64,000 nucleotides of DNA from Mobula hypostoma (lineage: Eukaryota): positions 232,254,001 through 232,318,000 of the forward strand of contig NC_086097.1 of NCBI RefSeq assembly GCF_963921235.1. Reading direction: 5' to 3'. How positions within the stretch are numbered: the stretch's first letter is position 1; each line of letters begins with the position of its first letter. The position numbers and the translations under genes are program-made. Shown here piece after piece: positions 23,780-37,200 of the stretch. Under the pieces are notes generated by a model. The model saw only the letters and a program-made list of their open reading frames with translations. It did no database searches and was not told the DNA's origin.

Positions 23780-26700
23780 ATACGGGACTGAATGTGTTAT
23801 ATTTGAATGGATGCATTAAACGGAATAAGATAGATTATCTTGTAGCACAGTTAGGGATTCGTACATAGATATGACGCTGTGGGCATCACGAAGTCATGAC
23901 TGAAATAAGAACATGGTTGGGAGCTCAGCAGCCAAGGATACACATTATATTGAAAGGACAGGCAGAATGGCAGCTTGTACTGGAGCCTACCAGGGAGGAG
24001 GCAATTCTGGATCTAGTGTTGTGTAATGAACCGGATTTGATAAGAGCCATTAGGAGGTAGTGACCATAATATAAGTTTTCATCTACAATTTGAGAGGGAG
24101 AAGGGAAAATCGGAAGTGTCCGTTTTACAGTTCAACAAAGGGGACTATGGAGCCATGAGGGAGGAGCTGGCCAAAGTTGACTGGAAAGATACCATAGCAG
24201 GGATGACAGTGGAACAACAATGGCAGGTGTTTCTGGGAATAATACAGAAGGTGCAGGATCAGTTCATTCCAAAGAAGAAGAAAGATTCTAAGGGGAGTAA
24301 GGGGTGACCGTGGCTGACAAGGGAAGTCAAGGACAGTATAAAAATAAAAGAGAAGTATAACATAGCAAAAATGAGCAGGATGCCAGAGGATTGGGAAAAT
24401 TTTAAAGAGCAACAGAAGATAACTAAAAAGGCAATACGGGCAGAAAAGATGAGGTACAAAAGTAAGCTAGCCAAGAGTAAAAAGGAGGATAGTAAAAGCT
24501 CCTTTAGGTATGTGTGAGGAAAAAATTAGTTAAGACCGAAGTTGGGCCCTTGAAGACAGAAACGGGTGAATTTATTATGGGGAACAAAGAAATGGCAGAC
24601 GAGTTGAACAGGTACTTTGAATCTGTCTTCACTAGGGAAGACACAAACAATCTCCCAGATGTAATAGTGGCCAGAGGACCTAAGGTAACAGAGGAACTGA
24701 AGGAGATTCACATTAGGCAGGAAATGGTGTTGGATAGACTGATGACACTGAAGGCTGATAAATCCCAGGGCCTGATGGTCTGCATCCCAGGGTACTTAAG
24801 GAGGTGGCTCTAGAAACCGTGGACACATTGGTAATCATTTTCCAGGGTTCTGTAGATTCAGGATCAGTTCCTGTGGATTGGTGGGTAGCTAATGTTATCC
24901 CACTTTTTAAGAAAGGAGGGAGAGAAAAAACAGGGAATTATAGACCAGTTAGCCTGACGTCGGTGGTGGGGAAGATGCTGGAGTCAATTATAAAAGATGA
25001 AATAGCGGCACATTTGGATAGCAGTAACAGGATCAGCCCAAGTCAGCATGGATTTACGAAGGGGAAATCATGCTTGACTAATTTTCTGGAATTTTTTGAG
25101 GATGTAACTATGAAAATGGACAAGGGAAGCCAGTGGATGTACTGTACCTGGACTTTCAGAAAGCCTTTGATAAGGTCCCACATACGAGATTAGTGGGCAA
25201 AATTGGAGCACATGGTATTGGGGATAGGGTACTGACATGGATAGAAAATTGGTTGGCAGACAGGAAACAAAGAGCAGGGATTAACGGGTCCCTTTCAGAA
25301 TGGCAGGCGATGACCAGTGGGGTACCGCAAGGCTCGGTGCTGGGTCCGCAGCTATTTACAATATACATTAATGATTTAGATGAAGGGAGTAAAAGTAACA
25401 TTAGCAAATTTGCAGATGACACAAAGCTGGGTGGCAGTGTGAAATGTGAGGAGGATGTTATGAGAATGCAGGGTGACTTGGACAGGTTGGGTGAGTGGGC
25501 AGATACAGCTTAATGTGGAGAGGAGAAGATGGTGGCGCGACGCAGCACGCGCAGCCACTCCAGTGATGAATATCTGTTATTTGTCAAGTAGGGTGCCGTG
25601 CACAATCCTGATTTGATGGAGACAGACGTGAGAGCACGGAGGAACATCTGGTGAAACTTCTGAAATGCCTATTTCGCTGTTGCTGCTACTGTGTGATCCG
25701 AAATCTCCAGAGGGGAAGGCCCCGAATCCATGGCTTTGCCTATTGCCTGTTGCCAGGGCCAGGGTCGAAGCGCTCAGCGGAGACGGTGCTCGGTGCTCGG
25801 TGTCGGGGGGCTGGTCAGAGGCTCAAAGTTTTCGGACGGACTCAGAGTCGGACTGTGGTCGGGTGCTTCCAGGATGCTGCATCGGCAAGTTTGCGGCGCT
25901 GGAGGCTCATGGCTGGGAGAGTTTCTCCCTTCTACCGTCTGCATGAGATGTTGGGGCTATTGGGACTTTGAGACTATTTTTTTGCCGTGCCCATGGTCTG
26001 CTCTTATCAAATTACGGTATTGCTTTGCACTGTTGTAACTATATGTATTAATTATGTGTTTTTTGTCAGTTTTAGTCTTGGTCTGTCCTGTGTTTCTGTG
26101 ATATCATACTGGAGGAACATTGTATCATTTTTTAATGCATGCATTTCTAAATGACAATAAACGAGGACTGGGTGTCCTCATAATCTAACCTAAATGTGAG
26201 GTTATCCACTTTGGTGGCAAGAACAGGAAGGCAGATTACTATCTGAACGGTGTCAATTTAGGAAAAGGGGAAGTACAACGCGATCTAGGTATCCTTGTTC
26301 ATCAGTCACTGAAAGTAAGCATGCAGGTACAGCAGACAGTGAAGAAAGCTAATGGTATATTAGCCTTCATAACAAGGGGAGTTGAGTATAGGAGCAAAGA
26401 GGTCCTTCTGCAGTTGTACAGGGCCCTGGTGAGACCACACCTGGAGTATTGTGTGCAGTTTTGGTCTCCAAATTTGAGGGAGTGCAGCGTAGGTTCAAAA
26501 AGCTTAATTCCCTGGAGGGCGGGACTGTCATATGTTGAAAGATTGGAGTGACTGGGCTTGTATACACTGGAATTTAGAAGGATGAGAGGGGATCTGATTG
26601 AAACATATAAGATTATTAAGGGATTGGACACGCTGGAGGCAGGAAGCATGTTCCCGATGTTGGGGGAGTCCAGAACCAGAGGCCACAGTTTAAGAATAAG

Positions 26701-26978
26701 GGGTAGGCCATTTAGAACGGAGTTGAGGAAAAACTTTTTCATCCAGAGGGTTGTGGATCTGTGGAATGCTCTGCCTCAGAAGGCAGTGGAGGCCAATTCT
26801 CTGGATGCTTTCAAGAAAGACTTAGATAGAGCTCTTAAAGATAGTGGAGTCAAGGGATATGGGGAGAAGGCAGGAACGGAGCACTGATTGTGCACGATCA
26901 GCCATGATCACAGTGAATGGTGGTGCTGGCTCGAAGGGCCGAATGGTCTACCCCTGCACCGATTGTCTTTTATCTATC
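23780..26978 (+). mobile_element. CR1 LINE, decayed ORF2 with an internal insertion
   Basis: APE remnant (SDH), NYRPVSLTSVVGK, YLDFQKAFDKVPH, FADD; frame resumes at 26191; CR1 3' UTR. Confidence 0.92.
25520..26190 (+). mobile_element. Non-autonomous retroposon (CpG-rich 5' region + Rex-type 3' tail) inserted in CR1
   Basis: Splits CR1 TAATGTGGA|TAAATGTGAG; starts GAGGAGAAGATGGTGGCG; tail AAATGACAATAAA...CTCATAATCTAA also present at 51320-51500(-). Confidence 0.75.
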
Positions 26979-27074
26979 TTTCATGTAGTTAGGTGACCAA
27001 AACTGCACACAATATTCCAAATTAGGCCTCACCAGTATCTTATACTATTTCAACAGAACGTCCCATTAATCCCG

Positions 27075-28070
27075 ATAATAATAATAATGACAATAATAAT
27101 TTATTTATATAACTCTTGTCATACAGATGATGCAATTACTTTAGGATAAAGTGCAAAAATGAAAATAAAAATAAATATAAAAATAAAACACAAAATGATG
27201 TTAGTTAAAAACAAGGTTGAATAAATAGGTTTTGGACTGGTGCTTAAAAGTGTCAAGTGAGTCTGCATCACTTATAGTTTTAGGTATTGGGTTTCATAGT
27301 TTAGGAGCATAGTTCAAAAAAGCTGAACTGGGAATTATGTTTTGAGGGAGGTTGTTTAAATTTAAAAGTCTGGTGGAAGATTATTTAAATTTTGAAGTCT
27401 GGAGGCCAAGCAGGATTATAAAACAAAGGTGATTCTGTGATGTACTTCGGTTCCCAAACCATTCAGAGCTTTAAAAACAAGAGAACTTCAAAATCAACGC
27501 TGAAAGCCAATAGAAAGTAGTTAGGACAGGAGTGATATGCTCCCTCATTCTGTTTTTAGTTAAAATCAGTGGTATTTGTACTGAGTTGAAGCTTGTCAAT
27601 AGATTGCTTTGGAAGGCTAGTAAAAACGTACATTGCAGTAATCCAGTCAATTCGATATAAAGACATGAATTCGTGTTTCAGCATCAGTATGTGACAGAAA
27701 CAAATATACCGTTGTAATATTTCTGAAGTTTAGGAATCCTGCCCTGGTCATTTACTTTATGTGGGATTTAAAATTCAAATCTGAATCAAGGATAACACCC
27801 AGGCTTCTTATTTCTGATTTTACAAGGGGAATCAACTTCCAAAGTTTAGCAAGAAGTTTATCTCTTTTGGCTTTGGAACCAGCATAAAGTATTTCTTTGT
27901 TATCTTCATTTGTTTTTAGATAAGTATTGCTCATCGATTTGTTTATTGCAGCCGTTCTAGAAGTCAGAGAAGATAGAGTATCCAGCATCAGGCTCATCTG
28001 AGATATATAATTGTGTGTCATCAGCGTTACTGTGGAAATCAAGTTTATGCTCTCGGATGATGTCTGCTAA
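27075..28070 (-). mobile_element. L2 LINE 3' fragment
   Basis: NADDTQLY-like motif, SLGVILDSDLNFKSHI, AATAAA(TTA)n tail on minus strand. Confidence 0.75.
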
Positions 28071-28484
28071 AGTGTTATCATTAGATAACACTTAAATATT
28101 CCAATATGTTAAATCTACATGCTTACTAAATTTAATCTAAAAATATCAGAAAATGCCAGAAACTCTCTGCAAGCCAGGCAGCATCCGTGGAAAGAGAAAC
28201 AGTTAATATTTCAGTCCCAACACTTTACATCAGAATGGAGGATCTCAGATCCAACGTTATTTACATTTTATATCTCCATCAATTAAATTCTGGATTCAAG
28301 TATGTGAATGTACTGTATATCTGAAAATTACTATAGTGTTCCTGCCATTGTTTGGTCCATTAAATGCCATATTTAATCTGCAGTGTCCCCTTACTGAAAT
28401 ACTTAAGAATTCTGGCAGAATTATCTATTCTGGGGCAATGTGGATATCCTAAACTTACTCCCAACAGTGCAGGTACCCTGGCAA

Positions 28485-28647
28485 CAAACACAAAATGCTG
28501 GAGGAACTCAGCAGGCCAGGCAGCATCTATGGAAAAAAGTACAGTCAACATTTTGGGCTGAGACCCTTCGGCAGGCCTGCTGAGTTACTTCAGCATTTTG
28601 AATGCGTTGCTTGGATGTCCAGTATCTGCAGGTTTTCTCTTGTTTGT
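28485..28647. repeat. Penelope terminal fold-back fragment
   Basis: CAAAATGCTGGAGGAACTCAGCAGG ... CCTGCTGAGTTACTTCAGCATTTTG inverted repeat with a degenerate hammerhead on the minus arm. Confidence 0.75.
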
Positions 28648-28734
28648 GAGTTTAGGTACCCTGTGGTCATCCTACAGTAAGGTCTTCAAGCCAATGACTT
28701 TGAAAGATTAAGTCCTGGATCTGCTGAGCTCCAA

Positions 28735-30831
28735 CTGGATTGGCACGTGTTTCTTGACACTTGTACGCGGATGCTGAGTGCTGATAAGAAGCAAGACCTC
28801 AACCAGAAGCCATGGATGACCGCGGAGATGCGTGCGCTGCTGAAGACCCGTGACTCCGCCTTCAGAGCAGGCGACAAGGCAGCCCTAACAACAGCCAGGG
28901 CCAAACTGTTCCGGGCCATCAGAGAGGCAAAGTGTGCTCACGCCCAGCAAATCCACAGCCACTTCCAGGACAGCGGCGACACGCGGCGCATGTGGAAGGG
29001 CATTCAGGACATCACCAACTACAGGACAACATCACCTGCCTGTGCTGGTGATGCCTCCCTCCCAGATGCATTGAATAACTTCGACGCTCGTTTCGAGGCG
29101 GAAAATGACATGGTGGCGAGGAAGAACACTCCTCCTTCCAATAACCAGGTGCTGTGTCTGACCGTGGCCGATGTGAGGAAAACTCTATGCAGGGTCAACC
29201 CACAGAAGGCTGCTGGACCAGACAATATTCCTGGCAGAGAGCTTAGAGGATGTGCAGACCAGCTAGCTGAGATTCTCACTGACATCTTCAACATCTCCCT
29301 GAGCAGCGCCATCGTTCCTACGTGCTTCAAGGCCGCAACCATCATCCACAAGTCGAAGAAGTCTTCAGTGCCCTGCCTCAACGACTACCGTCCCGTTGCA
29401 CTCACATCCATCATCATGAAATGTTTTGAAAGGCTCATCATGAGGCACATCAAGACCCAGCTGCCTCCCTCACTGGACCCCCTGCAGTTCATATATCGCC
29501 CCAACCGCTCAACAGACGATGCCATCAGCAGCACCCTCCACCTGGACAAAAAAGACACATATGTTCGAATGCTGTTCATAGACTTCAGTTCAGCATTCAA
29601 CACAATCATTCCTCAGAATCTGATTGGAAAGCTGAGCCTACTGGGCCTGAACACCTCCCTCTGCAACTGGATTCTAGACTTCCTGACATGGGAGACTCCA
29701 GTCAGTCCAGATCGGGAGCAGCATCTCCAACACCATCACACTGAGCGCGGGGGCCCCCCAGGGCTGTGTGCTCAGTCCACTGCTGTTCACTCTGCTGACC
29801 CACGACTGTGCTGCAACACACAGCTCAAATCACATCATCAAGTTCGCCGATGACACGACCGTGGTGGGTCTCATCAGCAAGAACGATGAGTCAGCATACA
29901 GAGAGGAGGTGCAGCAGCTAACGGACTGGTGCAGAGTCAACAACCTGTCTCTGAATGTGAACAATACAAAAGAGATGGTTGTTGACTTCAGGAGAGCACG
30001 GAACGACCACTTCTCCACTGAACATTGACAGCTCCTCCGTTGAGATCATTAAGAGCACCACATTTCTTGGTGTTCACCTGGTGGAGAATCTCACCTGGTC
30101 CCTCAACACCAGCTCCATAGCCAAGAAAGCACAGCAGCGACTCTACTTTCTGTGAAAGCTGAGAAAAGTCCATCTCCCACCCCCCCATCCTCACCACATT
30201 CCACAGAGGTTGTATTGAGAGCATCCTGAGCAGCTGCATCACTGCCTGGTTTGGGAATTGCACCATCTCGGATCGCAAGACCCTGCAGCGGATAGTGAGG
30301 TCAGCTGAGAAGATCATCAGGGTCTCTCTTCCTGCCATTACAGACATTTGCACCACTCGCTGCACCCATAAAGCCAACAGTATTGCGAAGGACCCCACAC
30401 ACCCCTCATACAAACTCTTCTCCCTCCTGCCATCTGGCAAAAGGCACTGAAGCATTCGGGCTCTCACGACCAGACTGTGCAACAGTTTCTTCCCCCAAGT
30501 CATCAGAATCTTTAATACCTAGAGTCTAGACTGAGATCTACATCATTTATTATTATATTGTAATTTGTCCTCTACTGTGCCTATTGTCTTGTTTATTAAT
30601 TATTGGACTGCCCTGCACTGTCTTGTGCACTTTATGTAGTCCTGGGTAGGTCTGTAGACTAGTGTAGTTTTTGTGTTATTTTACGTAGTCTAGTGTAGCC
30701 CTGTGCTGTCTCACTTAGTCTAGTGTTGTTTTATGTAGCACCATGGTCCTGGAGGAACGTTGTTTCTTTTTACTGTGTACTGTACCAGCAGCTTATGGTC
30801 GAAATGACGATAAAAAGCGACTTGACTTGAG
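28735..30831 (+). mobile_element. Rex1/Babar-type LINE, 5'-truncated, frameshifted RT
   Basis: [47 protein letters not shown]; (GACTT)n tail. Confidence 0.92.
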
Positions 30832-31454
30832 AATGACCTTTCATTTGTCTCCCCACCATCCATTTCCTTTCTAATTGTGACCTCTAGTGGCAGAAAGAGG
30901 GACTTCATGGGACCATTTTGGAAACATTGAGGCCCTGTCTTAACCCAAAGTACATCGATCTCAAACTGTTGGAGTCCATTCTGAATGAACCCTATTGGAC
31001 ATGCGTTGGAGTCTACTAGCACAACTATGCAATTTCAGTGCCACATTTGTGAATGTTATTCACATTCTCTAATGAAATATCTCTGAGAAGAGAATCGGGA
31101 CTACACTGAATATAGAGTTGACCATCCACCAGGCAATCATCTAGCATTCAACTATCAAGGACATCTTGAGAAGGCAGCATCCATCATTAAAGACACTCAC
31201 CTTCAAGGCCATGTCCTCTTCTCATTACTACTGTGAGGGAGGACGTACCTTATTTCAGGGATGAAGTGAAAAGTTTGTTTCTATTATTATATCTTTCAAA
31301 TAAGTACAGTGAGCTTAAATGATGCAAGTTCTGATCACCTATATTGACTTGTTAATGGAGACTTGATTTTAAAACGGCCTTTATTATCTACATTCGAGAA
31401 CCATTTTATACCTGTTTCTAAAGTTCAATGCCCAACACAAATTGTGCACTATTG

Positions 31455-32052
31455 CATGGAGCATCTTTGCTCTACCCACTGCAAAAGGCAGAATCTCCTG
31501 GTGGAAACTCATTTTGATTTAACTTCCCATTCCCATTCTGACATGCCTGTCCATGGCCTTCTCTACTGCCACGATGAGGCCAAGCTCAGGTTGGAGGAGC
31601 AATACCTCATCTGGGTAGCCTCAAACCTGATGGTATGAACATGGATTTCTCAAACTTCCAGTAATTTCTCCTCCTCCCTTCTGTCTTTTTCCATAACACA
31701 TTCTGGTTACCCTCTCACTCTTTCTCTTCTCCTCTTGCCGAACACTTCCCACGGGTTTCCCACCTCCTTCCCTTTATTCCATGGTCTATTGCCCTCTTCT
31801 GTTTGATTCCTCTTTCTTCAGCCCTTTACGTCTTCAGTCTGTCAACTCCCAGCTTCTTACATCACTCTTACCCCCACCTTCCTCTCCCACCTACCCACCT
31901 GCCAGCTTCTACTTCTTCCACTTCTCCCGCCTTCTTATCCTGGCTCTCTTTCCCTTCCCTTTCTAGACCTCTTGAAGAGTCTTGGCTTAAAATGTTGAGG
32001 CCTCCTCCATAGATGTGGCCTGATCTGTTGAGTCCCACCCCCAATGTGTTGC
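31455..32052 (+). mobile_element. Penelope 3' fragment, decayed
   Basis: HFDLTSHSHSDMPVHGLLYCHDEAKLRLEEQ, CT-rich tract, degenerate terminus. Confidence 0.8.
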
Positions 32053-33202
32053 TGCTATGAAACTAAGATCATCCATGATCCCTCTTGTGGTCCAAGGCCC
32101 TGGTTCATCTCCTCGCACTAGCACACTGGAGCCCCAGTTCTGGCATTCCCGTTAAGCTCAGCAGGATCATGGTTCCAGGTTTCCCTTTAAACCCACCTGG
32201 TTTCGCCCCACTGTGCTCCTTTGTAACGTCTTTTTTTTTAAAGAGTGCATTAAAGATGTACTGGAATGTTAATCAAAATAACATCCCATTGCACAGAACA
32301 CAGAGATGAGGAGGAATTTGAACCAAAGGATGGGGAATCTATGGAATTCATTTCTACAGAGACCAAGTGATCGAGTATATTTAGAGCAGAGGGTGAAGGG
32401 TGTTAAAGGTTATAGGGAGAGGGCAGGAGAATGAGGTTGAGAGGGAAAATAAATTAGCCATGATGGAACAACAGAGCAGAATCGATGGGCCAAATGGCCT
32501 AATTCTGCTCTTATGTCTTATTGATTTTCTGGTTTTGTGGTATCCACATGGTCATGGAGATAAGGAGCAAATTCTGCATAAACAGCACTGAAGATCAGCA
32601 GTTGAACTCTTGTACCTGGTGTTATGAAGCATCAGGACTAACTGCTGCGTTACTTAACTTCAAACACTTTTTGTGTGAGGCTGGATGTCAGGGCCATTGA
32701 ATAAGTGAACAGCCTAATATTGCAAAGCTGGGATAGCGGCTTTACTTAAACGGTGGAGCAGATCCAATGAAACTAATGGCATAATTCTGCTCCTATGTTT
32801 TAAGGTCTTATGATCTTAATGGAGTTTTTACTGTGGTAGGTAGATATGTTGATACTTTTTTAACCACATGCGTGGATGAATGAACAACTACTTCCTGTAG
32901 GGCAGACCAGGATGTGAAATACTCAACCAGCCAGGAGCCTGGCAAGGGAGCAAACAGGAAGCCCCACTGTTGCTACCACAATCTCAAACTTGCAACCCAT
33001 TGCTGATGCCTGAGATATAAAACAAGCCAATTTCCTGCAGTGTAGACTCCGGTTTTTAAATAGTCCCTACGTTTGTGTGTGAGAAAGAATAAGAGAGACC
33101 ACAATTGAAAAAAAACAACGATGAGAAAAGGGAACTGGGCAGGAAAAGGAAAGAAAGGAAAAGAGGGGAATGTGAGAGGACAAAATTGGAGAACTTAACC
33201 AC

Positions 33203-33437
33203 ATTCTTCTTCTTCTAAAGGCATCACCCCTACTAGGCCACTGACGGCAACGCCAGAGTCTCCTGCCTTGGACCAGTCTTTTAAATTGTCCCCAGACGTG
33301 GCCCCTCTCCGAGCGATGAGGTCTTTGGAGCTCTGTTGGTGTTTCTATAGCTCTGGGTTTATGCAGGATGGGGTTACTAGCCCCATGCCCGGCCCTCCCC
33401 CTTTTGCAGTCGGCTTGGGACTGCCCATGGCTGAGTT
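33203..33437 (-). repeat. Short RTE-derived non-autonomous element
   Basis: (GAA)n tail on minus strand; GGGGCATGGGGCTAGTAACCCCATCC motif resembling RTE 5' regions. Confidence 0.5.
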
Positions 33438-33937
33438 AATTTAACCACATGATCAGATTGAAATAAAACATGATTGCAACCGTACTGATAAGCTAATCTT
33501 CAAAGTTCGTTAAAAAGTAACTGGAAGCGCAGTAATAATAAGTGACCATCTAATATTCTTTGTCAGCAGTCCATCAACTTGGCTGGTAATCTGTCTGACC
33601 GAGTGACTACATGCCATCCCTCACCAAGCACGTTTCTGACCAAAGGCACTTCTATAATATCGCTCTCCAACACTGCTGCTGAAACCTCTGTCCATACCCC
33701 TCTTGCATCCAAACCTGTTCACTACAATCTTTCTTGTTAGCCTACATCCTCTTCTCTCCATTAACTCCAATTAAATCAAAATACATTTGTCCATTTCCTT
33801 CCCTAGTTTTAGTTCAATTTTCTCCTGTCTTTACATATTTGCATCATTTCCGATTTAACAATGTTCAACGTCAAACTTAATGTCCTGACTTTGATTTTCA
33901 AATCCCTTTCTGACCTTAGCTCAATCTCTCTCTAGCG

Positions 33938-34008
33938 CAGGGGTTCTCAATCCACGGGCCCCTTGCTTAATGGCATTGGTTTATGATATAAAATGGTTGG
34001 GACCCCTG
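33938..34008. mobile_element. 71-bp hAT (Charlie-type) MITE within an old L2 remnant
   Basis: TIRs CAGGGGTTCTCAA / TTGGGACCCCTG; 8-bp TSD CTCTAGCG / CTCTAGCT. Confidence 0.8.
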
Positions 34009-34094
34009 CTCTAGCTTTTAATCCCGCATGATTGAGTTTACCAACCATGTCCCCCTGTGTTATTCGATTTCTCCAACTCTGCTTGACTTCATTA

Positions 34095-35928
34095 GGAACA
34101 GACAAATTAGGGAAGTGTTTAATTGGAGTAAGGGGAAATATGAGAAAAGAAAAGCTTACGAAAGGTTCAAAACACTAGGTAATGATAGAGATCTAGAAGA
34201 TTCTAAGGCTAGCAGGAAGGAGCTTAAGAATGAAGTTAGGAGAGCCAGAAGGGGCCATGAGGAGGCCTTGACAGACAGGATGAAGGAAAACCCCAAGGCA
34301 TTTTACAAACATGAGAAGAGCAAGAAGATAAGACGTAAGAGAATAGGACCAATCAAGTGTGACAGTGGAGAAGTGTGTATGGAACCAGAGGAGATAGCAG
34401 AGGTACTTAGTGAGTATGTTGCTTCAGTATTCACTATAGAAAGGATCTTGGCAATTCTAGGGATGACTTACAGCCTACTGAAAAGCTTGAGCATGTAGAT
34501 ATTTAGAAAGAGGATGTGCTAGAACTTTTGGAAAGCATCAAGTTGGATAAGTCAGTGGGACTGGACGAGATGTGCCCCAGGCTACTGTGGGAGTCGAGGG
34601 AGGACATTGCTGAGCCTCTGGTGATGATCTTTGCATCATCAATGGGGATAGGAGAGGTTCCGGTGGATTGGAGGGTTGCCAATGTTGATTTCTCATTCAA
34701 GAAAGGGAGCAGAGATAGCCCAGAAAATTATGGGCCAGTGAGTCTTACTTCAGTGGTTGGTAAGTTGATGGAAAAGATCCTGAGAGACAGGATTTATGAA
34801 CATTTGGAGAGGCATAATATGATTAGGAATAGTCAGCATGGCTTTGTCAAAGGTAGGTCGTGCCTTACAAGCTGATTTGAATTTTTTGAGGATGTGACTA
34901 AACACATTGATGAAGGAAGACCAGTAGATGTAGTGTATATGCATTTCAGCAAGGAATTTGATAAGGTACCCCATGCAAGGCTTATTGAGAAAGTAAGGAG
35001 GCATGGGATCCAAGGGGACATTGCTTTATTGATCCAGAACTGGTTTGCCCACAGAAGGCAAAGAGTGGTTGTAGACGGGTCATATTCTGCATGGAGGTCA
35101 GTGACCAGTGGTTTGCTTGAGGAATCTGTTCTGGGACCCCTACTGTTCGTGATTTTTATAAATGACCTAGATGAGGTTACAGCGGGACATTGATATGCTG
35201 GGCTGAGAAGTGGCAGCTGGCATTCAACCCAGATAAGTGTAAGGTGGTTCATTTTGGTAGGTCAAATATGATGGCAGAACACAGTATTAATGGTAAGACT
35301 CTTGGCAGTGTGGAGGACCAGAGAGCTCTTAGGAACCGAGAGGTAATGTCGCAGCTATAGAGGACCCTGGTCAGACTCCACTTGGCGTACTGTGCTCAGT
35401 TCTGATCGCCTCACTACAGGAAGGATATGGAAACCATAGAAAGGGTGCAGAGGAGATTTACAAGGATGTTGCCCGGATTGGGAGCATGCCTTATGAGAAT
35501 AGGTTGAGTGAACTTGGCCTTTTCTCCCTGGAGTGACAGAGGATGAGAGGTGACCTGATAGAGGTGTATAAGATGATGAGAGGCATTGATCATGTGGATA
35601 GTCAGAGGCTTTTTCCCAGGCTGAGATGGTTAACACAAAAGGGCACAATTTTAAAGTCCTTGGAAGTAGGTACAGAGGAGATGTCAGGGGTAGGTTTTTA
35701 CACAGAGAGTGGTGAGTGCGTGGAGTGGGCTGACGGGATCGGTGGTGGAGGCAGATACGACAGGGTCTTTGAAGAGACTCCTGAATAGGTACATGGAGCT
35801 TAGAAAAATACAGGGCCATGGGCAAACCTAGGTAACTTCTAAAGTAAGGACATGTTCAACACAGCAATGTGGGCTGAAGAGCCTGTGTTGTGCTGTAGAT
35901 TTTCTCTGCTTCTATGTTTCTATGTTTC
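34095..35928 (+). mobile_element. CR1 LINE, same subfamily as 12990-15215, with internal deletions
   Basis: [46 protein letters not shown] tail. Confidence 0.92.
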
Positions 35929-36189
35929 ATTCTTCTGACCCATCTTACACATCCACTTTCTTGCATCTGAGCGTTTAAATTCCAGCTTTCCACCCAGGCT
36001 TTCAATTACTTCTTGGTTTTGACAGCATAATGTAGAATGTACCCCTTCCATTGGTAAAGAACTTTAATGTGTATTTTTTAAAAAGAGAAATCTGTTTCCT
36101 TAAGTATGTTGAATATCCCTAGATTCTGGAACCTGTCACGTGTGAAGTTAACATGTGCACCATTACAATTAGGGAAAGAGGAAATGGGG

Positions 36190-37200
36190 ATCATACCCTC
36201 AGTTCTAATTAGCAAGCTCCAAAACCTGGGCCTCTGTACCTCACTCTGCAACTGGATCCTTGACTTCCTCATTGGGAGACCACGGTCTGTGTGGATCAGA
36301 AATAAAATCTCCTCTTCCCTGACAATCAACACTGGCACACCTCAAGGATGCATGCTTAGCCCACTGCTCTAATCTCTCTACACACACGACTTTGTGGCTA
36401 GGCACAGCTCAAATGCCATCTATAACTTTGCTGACATCACAACTATTGTTGGCAGAATGGTGACTAGAAGGCGTACAGGTGCAAGATAGATCAGCTGGTT
36501 GAGTGAATTCGCAGCAACAACCCTGCACTCAATGTCGGTAAGGCCAAAGAATTGGTTGTGGATTTCAGAAAAAGTAAGACGAGGGCAGACATACCAGTCT
36601 TCATCGAGGGATCGGAAGTGGAAAGAGTGAGCAATTTGAAGTTCCTGGGTGTCAAGACCTCTGAGGATCTGTTCAGGACCCAGCGTATCAATGCAATGAC
36701 AGCTATATTTAATTAGATGTTTGAGGAGATTTGGTACGTCACCAAAGACACTCGCAAATTTCTACACGTGTACTGTGGAGAGTATTCCAATTGGTTGCAA
36801 CACGGTCTGGTATGGAGGGGCCACTGCACAGGATTGAAAAAGCTGCAGGAAGTTGTAAACTCAGTCAGCTCCATCATGAGCTCTACCCACCCCAGCCTTT
36901 TGAAGGAGACTATCTCCCAAGACAAGCGCTCTTCCCATTGCTATCAAGGAGGAGGTACACACACTCAACATTTCAAGACCAGCTTCTTCCCCTCCTCCAT
37001 CAGATTTCTGAATGGACAATGAACCCATGAACACTTCCTCTGTATTTTTCCCTCTCTTTTAGCACGGCTGATTTAATTTTTTTAACATATACTTTTATTG
37101 TAATTTATAGTTTTATTTCAATGTACTGCAAAGGACTGATGCCATGAATCAACAATTTCCACAACATCTGCTGGTGATATTAAACCTGATTCTGATTCTA
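36190..37200 (+). mobile_element. Rex1/Babar-type LINE fragment
   Basis: [40 protein letters not shown] tail. Confidence 0.85.

Noticed and set aside
32923..33009. Strong minus-strand acceptor TTGTTTTATATCTCAG
   Set aside because: All frames stop before a convincing donor
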